From the NCBI RefSeq assembly GCF_006345805.1, contig NC_042997.1, positions 195,114,001-195,178,000 on the forward strand: a stretch of DNA of 64,000 bases, in the 5' to 3' direction. A program made the position numbers and the translations under genes. A model generated the notes under the pieces. The model was not told where the DNA came from and did no database searches. It worked only from the letters and a program-made list of their open reading frames with translations. Origin of the DNA: Octopus sinensis (Eukaryota). Of the stretch, positions 26,801 to 40,262 are shown piece after piece. Within the stretch, counting starts at the first letter, position 1; each line of letters begins with the position of its first letter.

Positions 26801-27440
26801 GCTGTGGGCACGTAACAAACACCATCCATCTGGCACCTGTGTCGGAGACACATAAAAACATCATCCGAAGACCCGGCAAGACTAGTCAGGCCATAACCCG
26901 TGGACCCTACCTGGGACGTTGTCAGTTCACCTGTGCATACCTTCCTTCCTTCTTGTGACACTTGTGAAGACCTGTTGAGGCAAGTGAAAATCAAATCAAA
27001 TCAAATCAAATCAAATCAAAATAGATGAACATCAATGGAATTTGTATCTTTGTGGTACCAGTGCCGGTGGCACACAAGAAAACCATCCGAATGTGGCCGT
27101 AGCCAGTACCGCATCGACTGGCCTCCGTGCTGTGGGCACGTAAGAAACATCATCCGATCGTGGCCGTTCGTCAGCCTCGTCTGGTACCTGTGTCGGTGGC
27201 ACATAAAAACACCATCCGAGCGTGGCCGTTCGCCAGCCTCGTCTGGCACCTGTGTCGGTGGCACATAAAATCACCCACTACACTCTCGGAGTGGTTGGCG
27301 TTAGGAAGGGCATCCAGCTGTAGAAACACTGCCAGATCTGACTGGCCTGGTGCAGCCTTCGGGCTCCCCAGACCCCAGTTGAACCGTCCAACCCATGCTA
27401 GCATGGAAAGCGGACGTTAAATGATGATGATGATGATGAT
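23835..27440 (+). mobile_element. 5'-truncated, frameshifted RTE-clade LINE (RT, PHD-like Cys cluster, long 3'UTR with tandem amplification, (GAT)n tail)
   Basis: MQFG.PGKSTTDAIFLVRQLQEKY...LAFVDLEKAFDRVPR, PWELLYADDL, FRYLG, LHGSETW, RRLRWYGHV, GRGRPRKTW across several frames; 3'UTR ends gctagcatggaaagcggacgttaaatgatgatg. Inserted into the middle of a SINE. Confidence 0.95.
25172..27210 (+). repeat. About 333-bp tandem array (six units) inside the RTE 3'UTR
   Basis: gaagacccggcaag at 25172, 25503, 25841, (25894, 53-bp sub-duplication), 26227, 26561 and 26867. Confidence 0.95.
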
Positions 27441-28566
27441 GTGTGTGTGTGTGTCTGTTTTTGTCCCCCCAACATCGCCTGACAACCGATGGTGGTGTGT
27501 TTACGTCCCCGTAACTTAGCGGTTCAGCAAAAGGGACAGATAGAATAAGTACTAGGCTTCCAAAGAGTAAGTCCTGGGGTCGATTTGCTTGACTAAAGGC
27601 AGTGCTCCAGCATGGCCGCAGTCAAATGACTGAAACGAATAAAAGAGAAAGAGAGAGTTATCTCCCTTGCTAGATATTTTTATCAGTGCATGACAAGAAC
27701 TGGCAGGGTATAAATGGTGGTCTCCTGCACTGCTTGAAGGGAGGAGTTTCTGCTGTGAGGTTTCTCTGTGGCACAGCAAAATTCGAACATTGATATACAA
27801 TGTTCATTGCGGCATCCTTTCATCTATGAACAATATTACTCAGCTAGCAGTCTAGTAGGTCATTACTCTTTGATGTGAATCTGCTCCCACCAGCTGAGAA
27901 AACATTACTGTGTGTGTGCCTGTCTGTGCTTTTATGCTTTTTCATCATCATCATCATCATCATCATTTAGCGTCCGTTTTCCATGCTAGCATGGGTTGGA
28001 CGGTTCTACTGGGGTCTGTGAAGCCAGAAGGCTTCATCAGGCCCAGTCAAATCTGGCAGTGTTTCTACGGCTGGATGCCCTTCCTAACGCCAACCACTCC
28101 GTGAGTGTAGTGGGTTTAAAATTGTACAATAAAATGTTTAAAAACTGTAGTTTTATTACTTTAAAATCTCTCATCATCACATCCATTTTCCCATGCCGGC
28201 ATGGGTTTGATGAAACTTGTTTAGGCAGATATTCTGTGGTCAGAGGCTCTTTTCACCCATTTCCCAAGGTATTTCCATTCCACTAGTCCTCCTCAGGTGA
28301 CAGAAATATTACTAGTTTTGCTTATCAGAGAATGTAAACCACAACACAGGTGCTTGGAAATGATATTCCAACACAGACACACATGCACACATACACTTAC
28401 ATGTACACACACACACACACACACAAATGCAAACATATATGAAGGAGGGGGCTTCTGCTCAATTTCTGTTTACCTATCTTGTTGAAAAGGCATTGATTAG
28501 TTCAATAGACACTTTTCCAAAGTGTCATGCAGTGTGACTGAACCCAGAGCCTTGTTTGTGTGTGTA

Positions 28567-28597
<31 letters not shown>

Positions 28598-28802
28598 CTC
28601 ATCATCATCATCGTTTAACGTCCGACTTCCATGCTAGAAGAGGCACCTGCACTCACAGGGTCACCAAGTACTTGCAAGACATTAAAAAAAAAAATCATCA
28701 TATTCACTTAACGTCTGTTTCCCATGCTTGCATGGGTCGGATGGCTCGACAGGATCTGCTGCAGGTTTGTGATAAGCTCTGGTGTAGGTTTTGGCAAGAC
28801 AC

Positions 28803-29350
28803 ATCCATACATACTATACATTCATACTATACATACTATACATACATACTATACATGCATACTATGCATACATACATACTATGCATACATACTATACATG
28901 CATACTATACATACATGCATACTATACTTACATGCATACTATACATACATGCATACTATACATACATGCATACTATACATACATACGTATATACTATATA
29001 TACATACATACATACGTACATGCATACTATACATACATGCATACTATACATACATGCATACTATACATACATACATACTATACATATGTACATACTATAC
29101 ATACGTACATACTATACATACGTATATACTATACATACATGCATACTATACATACGTACATGCATACTATACATACGTACATGCATACTATACATACGTA
29201 CATGCATACTATACATACATACATACGTATATACTATACATACGTACATACAATACAATACATACATGCATATATACGTACATACATGCATACTATACAT
29301 ACATACGTGCATACTATACATACATGCATACTATACATACGTACATGTGC
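28803..29350. repeat. Compound CATA-derived minisatellite (17/21-bp units)
   Basis: Units tgcatactatacataca and tgcatactatacatacgtaca. Confidence 0.92.
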
Positions 29351-30117
29351 GCATGCCCACACATTTAGACTATATGTAAACTAACAAGTATAAATAGAAA
29401 TAATAAATGTGTATAGGTGTGTATACCTACAATGGTGACCAAGGCAGTGGCTTCTTTAAATCAGTTTTGAATCTGGTTATTTTGTGTTTTTTTTCTTCTT
29501 TTTTTTTTAATTATTTTTATTGCCTTTGGATGGTTTGGTTGACAGCTTTATTCTGAAGAGTTTAAAGTTCCTAAAACTGGACTTTTTTTTATTTATAAAA
29601 TTAAGATTAGAAAAAAAAAATCTTTTCTGTTTGAACTGAATTTTTAAATAGAATTTCTACCAAAACAATTGAAATATTTTTTTTTTATTTCATGATTCAG
29701 ATTTGCCTCTGTTATTTGAATTTCAATTTGTGTTTAGATTTTTGCTATAGTTTTAAAAAATGGGTGCTTTTTGTTGGTGGATGGGGGTCTTTTAAGTTTT
29801 TCTTTTGTTTTTGTTTATTCAGTTTTAATTTATGAAAGCACCTGAAATTTCAAAGATTTCAAGTTGAAACTTGAAGAAAGGAAGTGTTATAACTGTCACC
29901 AATTATAGGCTCATATATTTCTTCTTTTTCTTTTTTTCTTCTTCTTCTTTTTCTTTTTCTTCTTTTTCTACTTCTTCTTCTTCCTTTTCTTTTTCTTCTT
30001 CTTCTCCTTCACACACACACACACACACACGCACATCATGAGTTTGTACATGTTTTCATATTTACTAAATTCTACTCCTAAAATATTAGTCAGACTGAGG
30101 TTATAATATCTGTCAGG

Positions 30118-30342
30118 TGCAGGCATAGCCGTGTGGTTAAGAACCTTGCTTTCCAACCATGTGATTTCAGGTTCAGTCCCACTGCATGGAACTTTGTGCA
30201 TTTGTCTTCAACTATGGCTTTGTTCAACTAAACTCTTCTCAGTGGATTTGGTAAGTAGAGACTATAGCCTTGGGCCAACCAAAGCCTGTGAGTGGATTTG
30301 GTAGATAGAAACTAAAAGAAGCTCATCGTATATATGTATATG

Positions 30343-30377
<35 letters not shown>

Positions 30378-30580
30378 GCTTGTGTGTCTGTGTTTGTCCC
30401 CCCCCAACATCGCATGACAACCGATGCCCGTAACTTAGCGGTTCAGCAAAAAGAGACCGACAGAATAAGTACTAGGCTTACAAAGAATGAGTCCTGGGGT
30501 TGATTTGCTCGACTAAAAGCTGTGCTCCAGCATGACCACAGTCAATTGACTGAAACAAGTAAAAGAGAGTAAAAGAGTTC
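30118..30580 (+). mobile_element. SINE family A copy
   Basis: Head, body (partly duplicated at 30200-30310), microsatellite and tail. Confidence 0.85.
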
Positions 30581-31689
30581 CATTGTGTCTATGTGTGTAT
30601 ACGTATGTGTGCATGTGTCCTTGTCTTGAGATCATGTGATGGTTATAGAGCAGCATCCATTCCAAATCTTCCATAACATGTCCGGCCTGGTGAAATACTA
30701 CCTTGCTTGGAAACGAATGAGGATTGGTGACAAGGACGGCATCCATCTGTAAAAAATATGCCATCAACAAATTCTGTCTGATCCTTACATAAATTAGACA
30801 TTAAAACAATGATAATGTGTGTATGATGATACATCATCATTTAGCATCTGCTTTCCATGCTGGCACGGGTTGGATGGTTCGACCGGGGTCTGGGAAGCCA
30901 GGAGGCTCCGCCAGGGTCCAGTCTGATCTGGCAGTTTTTCTACAGCTGGATGCCCTTCCTAACGCCAACCACTCTGTGAGTGTAGTGGGTGCTTTTTATG
31001 TGCCACCGGAATGGATACCAGTCAAGGCGTCGCTGGTGTTGGCCATGTTTGGATAGTGTTTTTTACGTCCCACCAGCACGGGTATCACAACTACAATTTC
31101 CATTTGAATTTTATTTTCATGGTGATGTACTTGACTCAATAGGTCTCCTCAAGCGCAGCAGGTCACCCTACAAGCCAAGGTTAGCACAGCAGGCCATCCT
31201 GCAAGCCATGAACTCACTTCAATTGTCGGGTCTTCTCAGTCACAGCATATCTAGGAGGTCTCGAGATATATATGTGTGTGTGTATGTGGTGAGGTTCTTA
31301 TAGTTCCCCTCACTAGGTATTGATTGATCCAGGGCTAGCTGTTGGAGAAGACATTGAGGGTGTCATGCACTGGGACCGAATCTGATAGCATGTGACTGAA
31401 GAGTGGACATCTTAATGTCACAATTATGACTGATGATGATGATGATATATCATCATCAGATTCTTTTATGTGCAGATAATCTTCCTGTCACTAATCTTCA
31501 ACTGTTTTCATGCAAGGCCATATTGACCCTAGCCTGGGCATGTTTTCATTGGAGATTGCAAACAAATGACACTAATGACAATGTTTACAATTAATGCAGG
31601 ATGTGAAGACAACTACTCACACATGTTCCTACACACACACATACACACATTTTTATAATTCACTTATTTTTATACATTCACATACTCTT

Positions 31690-32640
31690 TTACTCTTTTA
31701 CTTGTTTCAGTCATTTGACTGCGGCCATGCTGGAGCACCGCCTTTTAGTCGAGCAAATCGACCTCGGGACTTATGCTTTGTAAGCCGAGTACTTATTCTA
31801 TCGGTCTCTTTTGCCGAACCGCTAAGTGACGGGGAAGCAAACACACCAACATCGGTTGTCAAGCAATGCTAAGGGGACAAACACAATCACACACACATAC
31901 ACATATATACGACAGGCTTCTTTCAGTTTCCGTCTACCAAATCCACTCACAAGGCATTGGTCGGCCCGGGGCTATAGCAGAAGACACTTGGCCAAGATGC
32001 CACGCAGTGGGACTGAACCCGGAACCATGTGGTTGGTTAGCAAGCTACTTACCACACAGCCACTCCTGCACCTATATATACATAAGTAATCACATATGAT
32101 GATTATGTAATCTTATCAGATGATAGCCATCCCACATTCAGCCTGATTGGTCTGATCTACCTTCATCCTTGCATGTGTGCAGATATATGACTTTTGGAAA
32201 CATTTTTTCACACTGTTGCTGAAGTATGGAACAAACTGCCGGCATAGTCATTTGACTATGGCCATGCTGGAGTGCCACCTTTAGTCGAGCGAGCAAATCG
32301 ACTCCAGGACTTATTCTTTGGAAGCCTAGTACTTATTCTATCGGTCTCTTTTGCCAAACCGCTAAGTTACAGGGATGCAAACACACCAGCATCGGTTATC
32401 AAGCGATGTTGGGGGACACACAAAGACACACACACACACACATAAATATATATATATATATATACATGTATATGACGGGCTTTTTTCAGTTTCCGTCTAC
32501 CAAATCCACTCACAAAGCTTTGGTCGGCCCGAGGCTATAGTAGAAGACACTTGCCCAAGGTGCCACGCAGTGGGACTGAACCCAGAGCCATGTGGTTGGT
32601 AAGCAAGCTACTTACCACGCAGCCACTCCTGCACCTATAG
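31690..32640 (-). mobile_element. Two tandem-oriented SINE family A copies (31690-32075 and 32245-32640)
   Basis: Both are full reverse copies ending cttaccac(a/g)cagccactcctgcacctata. Confidence 0.88.
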
Positions 32641-32841
32641 TAACTTTTTAATTATGGATCTATAGGAAAAATGAATTTCATTTTCGTATTTGGTATTCAA
32701 AACTTAATCCATGTAACAAATTTGAAAACAATTCAAACAATATTGTAAGCAGTGATGAAAACCACAAAGACCCATCAAGTAGCCAGCATGAAATAAACCA
32801 TATAGGTAAAGATCAATACAAAATACATAATTATATAAATA

Positions 32842-33226
32842 CTAGCAGTATCGCCCGGCGTTGCTCGGGTTTGTAAGGGAAATAACTATACAGCATTTTT
32901 AGAGAGTTATAGCCAAAAAATAGCAAAAAAATGGGAAAAAAAATGATGGTAAATTTTTTTTGAGAGTTAAAAAAGGTGGAGTTGCGACCCCTAGACGGTC
33001 TGTGGTTTGTGTTTCTGATTCTCGACCCCATGTCGAATTTATCGATTTTTTTCAGAACTGGGGGAACTTTTCAAAATTTTCGCTGCGTTAGTTTTGAATT
33101 ATGACATTGGGCTATGTGTGTGTCAAGTTTCATCAGAATCGGTTGAAAGCCGTGGTCAGGGTGAGGGTACAAGCAAACAGACACACAGAAAACACACAGA
33201 CAAACTGCCGTTTATATAGAGAGAGA
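32842..33226 (-). mobile_element. Non-autonomous Helitron, related to 8704-9061
   Basis: Minus strand A|TCTCTCTCTATATAAAC ... CCCGAGC-AAC-GCCGGG-cgatactg-CTAG|T. Confidence 0.8.
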
Positions 33227-33642
33227 TAATTATAGTAAGGGCACTAATGAGTAGCACCACATGCTAGAAATAGATGCCAAATGGCTCTAGGAACTACATT
33301 ATTTACCACATTGGCACAGGCTGAAAGCAAGGGAAATGAACGAAAAGGATTTTTTTGAAAATAGTTTAACGATAGATTGATTTCTAGTTTAGGGATAACT
33401 CAGTTATACCATACTAAACTAGAAATTGATTTATTGTTAAGCCATTAAAAAAAAGTCTTTTTTGTTCGTTTCCCTCACTTTCAGCCTGTACCAGTGTGAT
33501 AAATAATGTAGTTGTTAGAGCCATTTGGCATCTATTTCTAGCATGTGGCTCTACTCATTAGTGCCCTTACTATAATTATATTTATAGAATTATGTTTTAT
33601 ATATATATCATCCACCACTTCATCATCATCATCATCGTTCAA

Positions 33643-33864
33643 CCCTTTCGTTACCAACCCGACTGAAACCGGCTCTGGCTCTGTTGTACAAATGTCTTGT
33701 TTTCATAGGTTTTGAATTAAAATCTTCCACCAAACCTTAGTCACAATTTATGTTCCTAACACTAGCTTTAGGATAACATAAGTTAGTTTACTAAATTCTT
33801 TGTTCTATTTAAAGTAATTGAAAGAAACACAGAGCTTCTCAAAATAAATACAGTAATGAAAGGG
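33643..33864. mobile_element. piggyBac-type MITE, second family
   Basis: TCAA|CCCTTTCGTTAC ... GTAATGAAAGGG|TTAA; inserted in the TTAA of an RTE tail. Confidence 0.82.
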
Positions 33865-34059
33865 TTAATGACCATTTTCGAAGCTGGCATGGGTTGGATG
33901 GTTTGACTGAGGTCTGGAAAGCCAGCAGCTGCACCAGGCTCCAATCTGATCTTGCAGTGTTTCTACAGCTGGATGCCCTTCCTAATGCTAACCACTCTGA
34001 GAGTGTAGTGGGTGCTTTTGAAGTGCCACCGGCAGTCAGTGGGTACTGGCATCAGCCTA

Positions 34060-34320
34060 TGATAGATCATTAGCTCCTACACGCATTTTTTTCTCTCCTT
34101 GTTTCTCTCCTTGTTTTTTTTCTGTGTCCCTTTCTGTCAAAGAGCGTAGGCTCGAAACGTAAAATACTTGTTCTATTTCTATTCCTGAGTGCCATACTAA
34201 TACCTTTGTTTGTTTGTACTCCACCTGCCTTCGTCTTTTGTTTATTTTCATAAACCTTCCTGAGCGTCCAATAATACTATACTTGTTCCACGTCCTCGCA
34301 TTGTTGTGTTTTCATGCTTG
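34060..34320 (+). mobile_element. Penelope-like repeat with degenerate hammerhead motif, copy 3
   Basis: cttt-CTGTCAAA-GAGC gtag GCTC-GAAAC-GTA-aaat at 34130-34165. Confidence 0.6.
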
Positions 34321-35199
34321 GATTAACTATATATATAGAGAGAGATATATAGATGTAGGGTGGGGTTGTGTTTATGTATGTTTGTCCCCCCACCAATGCT
34401 TGACAATTAGTGTTGATGTGTTTATGTGTCTGTAACTTAGCAGTTCAGCTAAAGAGTCTGATAGAATAAGTGCCAAGCTTTCAAAAAAAATTAAAATTAA
34501 TAAATAAATAAGTACTGAGGCTGATTCATACAACTAAAAATTTTTTAAGGCCATGCCCCAGCATGGCCACAGTCTAATGACTGAAACAAGTACATGATAA
34601 AAGATACACATACCAACACACTCAAAAGCTCAGTTGTTTACACGTCGTGGGACTTTTGTGTAACCTGTTTGTTTTGGTTGGGTGTTTGTGCATTCGGTCA
34701 AATTTCAGTTCAAGAAATAAGTTAGAGAAATTAAATAAAAGATTTGAAAGCCACTCACAGAAAATACAGGATATAACTGAAAAAGGAAAGGTGTGAGAAT
34801 TATTAATATGAGAACTTGTTTCATTTTTAGCTCTATTTACCTGTTATTTACGTGTTTTAATAAAGTAAATGCGGGTATTCGTGAGTCTAATCTAACTGGA
34901 AGTGTTGGATTGTTTTGCCAAAGTATATCAGTTCCTGCCATTGGTTGTAAAAATTGAAAAACTAAATTGTAAAGGGATGTTTTCTTATTTCATATCCTGG
35001 TTAGCATAATGCTCTTTCTTTTTGTGGTTAATGCTCGAATAGACTTTTGCTGTCAAATGTCATTATAGGAGTAGATTAAGAGAGGACGCTTGTCATTTAT
35101 TCTGATTATTTTTGTTCTCGGAGAGCTAGCAGTAACACGTGAGGTTTTACATGCAAACAGAGGTGAATATTTAACATTTCTTCTCTATATCTATCTATC

Positions 35200-35231
<32 letters not shown>

Positions 35232-35298
35232 AACCCATTTTTTTTTTGTTACCAATCCATCAAAGACCATCCCTATTTCTATGTTACTAACCACTATA

Positions 35299-35518
35299 CA
35301 GAGTGGCCCTGAATTAGGCTCACAGCTATTCAAGTATCTCTTTTACATTCATATATTAATAGTTTAGATCTTAATTATAAAAAAATAAATAAATACGAAA
35401 CCATTATTCTTTGCTAATTTAGTTAATTGTAAGATAGAAATTTAAATGTAGTAAAATGTTTCAAAAGAAATTCAAAGTGCCTACGTGATAACTGTAAACC
35501 TACTTTTGGGCCACCCTG
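35299..35518. mobile_element. Tc1/mariner MITE
   Basis: TA|CAGAGTGGCCC ... GGGCCACCCTG|TA. Confidence 0.8.
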
Positions 35519-35602
35519 TATATATGTGTGTGTGTGTGTGTGTGTGGTGTGTGTGTGTGTATGTATGTATGTATATATATATATGTATACACACACACAC
35601 AC

Positions 35603-37328
35603 AGCTGGGCATAAGTTCGTTAATTTTTAATTACCTAAGTTAACATTTTCGTTGATGATTTAACTTTTAAGTTAACTTTGAAAATCCTTATTGGACTAAT
35701 TAACTTCCGTTACATTTACCTTCTGTTAACTCCAGTCTGTGAATCCCAAAATTTCATAAAAACTGGTAAACATTTAAAAGTTTCTATTGTTTTCAGATGG
35801 TCTTGACATATTCAATATTGTACGTGTCATTCTTTCAGTCTTTTATAGGCCTTTTAAAATTTAAAATTAAAGCACGTAAAAAAGCACCCACTACACTCAC
35901 AGAGTGGTTGGCGTTAGGAAGGGCATCCAGCCATAGAAACATTGCCAGATCAGACTGGGCCTGGTGCAGCCTTCTGGCCTCCCAGACTCCAGTTGATCCG
36001 TCCAACCCATGCTAGCATGGAAAGCGGGCGCTAAATGATGATAAAATCAATATTTTTTAACTCTAAAGCAAAAAAAAAAAAAAAGAAACTATAGTTTTTG
36101 GGATACTTTTTGGTTATTTTCACCCCCATTAAAAAAATTGGGTTATCTCCCTCAACTACAAAAATTGTTTAGTCCTCAATAAAACAAAACTGAAAAAAAT
36201 TAAACATCTTACTGAATCTGATGACATTTTTATAACAAATCATACCATTCTTAATTGAGGAGGCCAAACATCAACAATGTGTTGAAGTATTGAATCAAAA
36301 GGATCTATCTCTTTTAATCCCATCTCGTCACCACATAAGCTCGATTTTTTTTTAGTGGGGAGATAACCCAGTTTTTTAATGGCAATTTTTTAATAGGGGT
36401 GAGATAACCAAAAACTACTGTTTTGGGGTTCTAAAGGCCCAAAAAGCTGATTTTATAGTTTTGGCACTTTTTAAAACTTTAGTGTTTAAAGCGGCCAAAA
36501 CCCCTTGTATCTAATTCCTCTGTGAAATCTTCTAAAAAACTAAACAAATCATGTTAGTGAATTCTTGTAACTTTGAGACAATATGAGGCTTTTCTTCCAG
36601 AAAGCATACAACTGGGAAAAAAGCAAAATTAACTGAGGTGGATGTCAACAGAGAAAATATTGACTTGTATAAAGTGGGAAAAATAAATGGAAAGAAAAAC
36701 GTTGGTAAATTTTGATGTGAATGCAAATAGCTGTTACATGGTAGCAGGGCATGCTAGGAATAGCAGCCAAATCATTCCTTTTCTGGGAAAAGGAGCTGTT
36801 TAAGAATGATTTCGATGTCACATTCATTGAAACCATGCAAGATAATCTAGAAAAGAAAAATGACCCACGTACAAAATCCCTTGGTGGGAAACTTCGAGCT
36901 CCCCACCACCACTTACACCCTTCTTTTCTGGTAAAAAAGTGGCTTGAGGTATGTTTGGAGATCAGATACGTTGAATGAATCATTCCACACCAAGATACGA
37001 AGTAGTTACCAAAAGAATAAAATCTTGTACCGATTATACCTGTATTTTAATTCAAATTAAAGTACCTCGGAAAATTTTTTTCCAACAAATCTTTACATAT
37101 GCTTAATCTACAGGACATGAGCAATTATTTGGTGAAAGTTTCATTAAAAAGTATCTATTTTTCTGGAAGTTATGAGGAAACAAAGTTGGTGGGGGTATTA
37201 AATTGTAGATACGCCTTTTTTCAATAAAAGTTAATGTTAATGGATTAACGTTAACTTCTGTTACATTTTCAATGAATTAACAGATTAACAATTAACGAAG
37301 TTAACTTTTCAATTAACCATGCCCACTT
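35603..37328. mobile_element. Degenerate TIR DNA element with nested inserts
   Basis: Imperfect inverted ends (agctgggcataagttcgttaa / ttaaccatgcccact) with many subterminal GTTAAC repeats; internal imperfect inverted repeat 36112-36151 vs 36357-36409; RTE tail at 35870-36045. Confidence 0.4.
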
Positions 37329-37629
37329 TTGTATGTATGTATGTATGTATGTATATATATATATATCTTCTGAATATATAAAATCCTTTGTCTCTCTGTC
37401 TATTCCAATGTATTCTCAAATGGCTCAACCAAATCAAATCAAATTTTACATTGTATTACTACGAGACCCCGTGAATGTCAACATGTAATTTTGGGGGGAT
37501 TAAAACAAAGCAGCATTGGTACTGGTTCCATATTATGTGTCAAATCTCAAACAGTAAAAGTGAAAGAATAAGATCTATATTGTAATGTGAAATATTGTTT
37601 CATTTTTATACTTTTACTTTTAATTCTAA

Positions 37630-38990
37630 GCACCACCACAATATCACATTTTGTATATGACTGTATATCTGTCTGTGAATATATGTGTGAGTGTACGAGT
37701 GTGTATATGTTTCACAGTGTGTGTGTCTTTCCACGTTAGGTGCGTTATTAAACACACTCTATGTATGTGAGGGCTGGTCAGTGTCCATATTAAATTTTAT
37801 TTTCATTTCCATTAAAACAATATAACATTTCGGAGAGATAATCTTTCTGTTTATGGAGATGTACTTGCATAGGAAGTGACTTGATGTGAGATTGTGTGCT
37901 AGGAGCACACACACACACATATATATATATACACAACCTTCGACAGAGTAACAGTTATATATACAGCTTGAACAGACACACATATCAGTACATAAACATA
38001 CATTTACATGTACATACACATATACACACATGCAGACACATGTCTACATACTAACATATGTAAATGCTCACATACATATATATATATATATACATACGTA
38101 TATGCATATATGCACATTTATACATAGATATACACATTTATATATATATCATGAACTAACTCTTACTTTCTCAGATGCAGCACAAAATTTTGTCAGTGTA
38201 CAGGTCACAGTTTCAAAGTGGCAAAAATATTTTGAAACAAATGAAATTCAAATGTTGAAGTGAATCTAACCTGTTTAGTGTGTGCTTCAATGGCTTACAA
38301 ACATCTTCCACACTGCGATCTTTCTAAACACATCTACTCATACATACACATATGTAACAGTACGTTACTAAACACACACACACACACATCTACACATACA
38401 TATACATATGTGACGACTGACGGTGACAACTATGTCACATTTTGTATATGACTGTGTATCTGTCTGTGAATGTGTGTGTGTGAGTTTATGAGTGTGTATA
38501 TCTCTCACAGTATGTGTGTGTGTTTTTTCGTCTTAAATCCGTCATTAAACACACTTTATGTATGTGAGGGATGGTCAGTGTCAATACAAAATTTTATTTT
38601 TATTTCCATCAAAACAATATAACATTTCATAGAAATAATCTTTCTATTGTCAACAGGACATTTTATACCACCACCACGACATCATATTTTTTATATAACT
38701 GTGTATATGTGTATATGTCTCAGTGTATGTGTCTTTCCATGTTAGCTACATTATTGAACACACACACACATATACATATACGATGACTGATATGCGTGAA
38801 TGTATGTTTGTGTGTGTCTTTCTTACTATATGTATGTGAAAGCTGGCCAGTGTCAATACAAAATTTTATTTTCATTTCAATTAAAACAATATAACATTTC
38901 ATAGAAATAATCTTTCTATTGTCAACAGGACATTTTATACCAGGACAACAATGACATCATGTTTTGTATATGACTGTGTATCTGTCTGTG
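37630..38990. repeat. Three to four degenerate local copies of a 230-280 bp unit
   Basis: cacattttgtatatgactg...ggtcagtgtc...aaattttattttcatttcc...aaaacaatataacatttc recurs at about 37640, 38435, 38670 and 38840-38990. Confidence 0.8.
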
Positions 38991-39406
38991 AGTGTAATGT
39001 ATAAGTGTGTATAAGACTCATAGTCTATCTCCTTAACTTCTTGGAGATTTTAGGCATAATTATACTAATGTGTCCATCTGTTATAATTTAATTAAATTCT
39101 ATGTATATGTGCAACTGAAAATTGCTCTGTATTTTAAATTGATGTAATGATTGCATTGTTCAATTAAATGGAGTTGCATGAAACAATCGTACTGCATTAT
39201 CTCTGGATATCCATGTTGCTTATTTTGATATATATGTATATATATATATGCATATATGTATGTATATATATATATATATGCATATATGTATGTATATATA
39301 TATATGCATATATGTATGTATATATATATATGCATATATGTATGTATATATATATATGCATATATGTATGTATATATATATATGCATATATGTATGTATG
39401 TATGTG

Positions 39407-39437
<31 letters not shown>

Positions 39438-40165
39438 AGGAAAGATATTCCAATTATCGCTGTCATGTGTTTTGGGCTCATGTAGGATCTATTGTATTGT
39501 ATGTTCCTATTTAAAACAGTAAGGTATCATATGAGAGAGTTTCGACACCTGTTTGTAGCAAGTTGGGTGACTAGGCAGAGATCCTTTCATCTCTCTGTAG
39601 CATGGACAAGCAACTGTTTTCAAGAAGTAGGCTGCACGAAACACGGCTTGTCTTTTGGGGGGGGCCTGCATTACTGCAAAAAACTTTAAGTCAATTTTTT
39701 TGTACAGCACATTCACATGTCACATTTTTCTCATGACTAACCTATTGTGTAAATGAGATTTCCTCATTAACTATTTCCTATGCCTGACTCATGAAGTGTA
39801 TTTTCCCTAGCTGCATACTATCGTGAACAGAAGCCTCTGAAATAGCTTTTGTATACAACTGGATCTTATCTTGTACATATGTTGTACACCCACACAATCT
39901 CCATTTCAACCATTGTTTAATCTTTGTATTATTTGTTTGATTTTTTAAAACTTGGTGTTTTCCTCTCCTAGTTCTATTATATTCTACAAAATCAGGAAAT
40001 ATGGCCCCAAACTCATACTGGACAGCTGATGATTGGTTCTGGTGACACACCTATGTATCTAGACATTCTTTGATTCATCTGCTTTCTGTGTATTTGTGTG
40101 TGTGCGCCAGATTATTTATAGATTAATTTATAGGCAAAGAAATAAATATGGATACACAGATATGG

Positions 40166-40212
<47 letters not shown>

Positions 40213-40262
40213 AAAGATAAAACATCTGTTTCAGCACATGATTTTTCACATCAAGAATATTA

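Larger units (their letters stand above)
23670..27650 (+). mobile_element. SINE family A copy split by the RTE insertion (halves 23670-23834 and 27441-27650)
   Basis: The 5' half ends gaagcccgtcgta; the 3' half resumes gtgtgtctgtttttgtcccccc after the LINE tail. Confidence 0.88.

Noticed and set aside
25172-27210. Regularly spaced repeats resembling a CRISPR or gene array
   Set aside because: The intervening sequence is also repeated and is collinear with the RTE 3'UTR.
28522-29384. 285, 214 and 197 aa His/Tyr-rich ORFs that could look metal-binding
   Set aside because: They come from a stop-free CATA-derived minisatellite; there are no splice or codon signals.
29855-29915. KCYNCHQL*AH zinc-knuckle-like peptide
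   Set aside because: It has an in-frame stop, wrong His spacing and no gag context.
36645-36983. 112-aa and 75-aa ORFs inside the degenerate DNA element
   Set aside because: No recognisable transposase motif in any frame by eye.
39970-40050. Strong plus-strand acceptor followed by short ORFs (MAPNSYWTADDWFW*)
   Set aside because: All frames close quickly and there is no recognisable homology. It could be a UTR exon but is unsupported.
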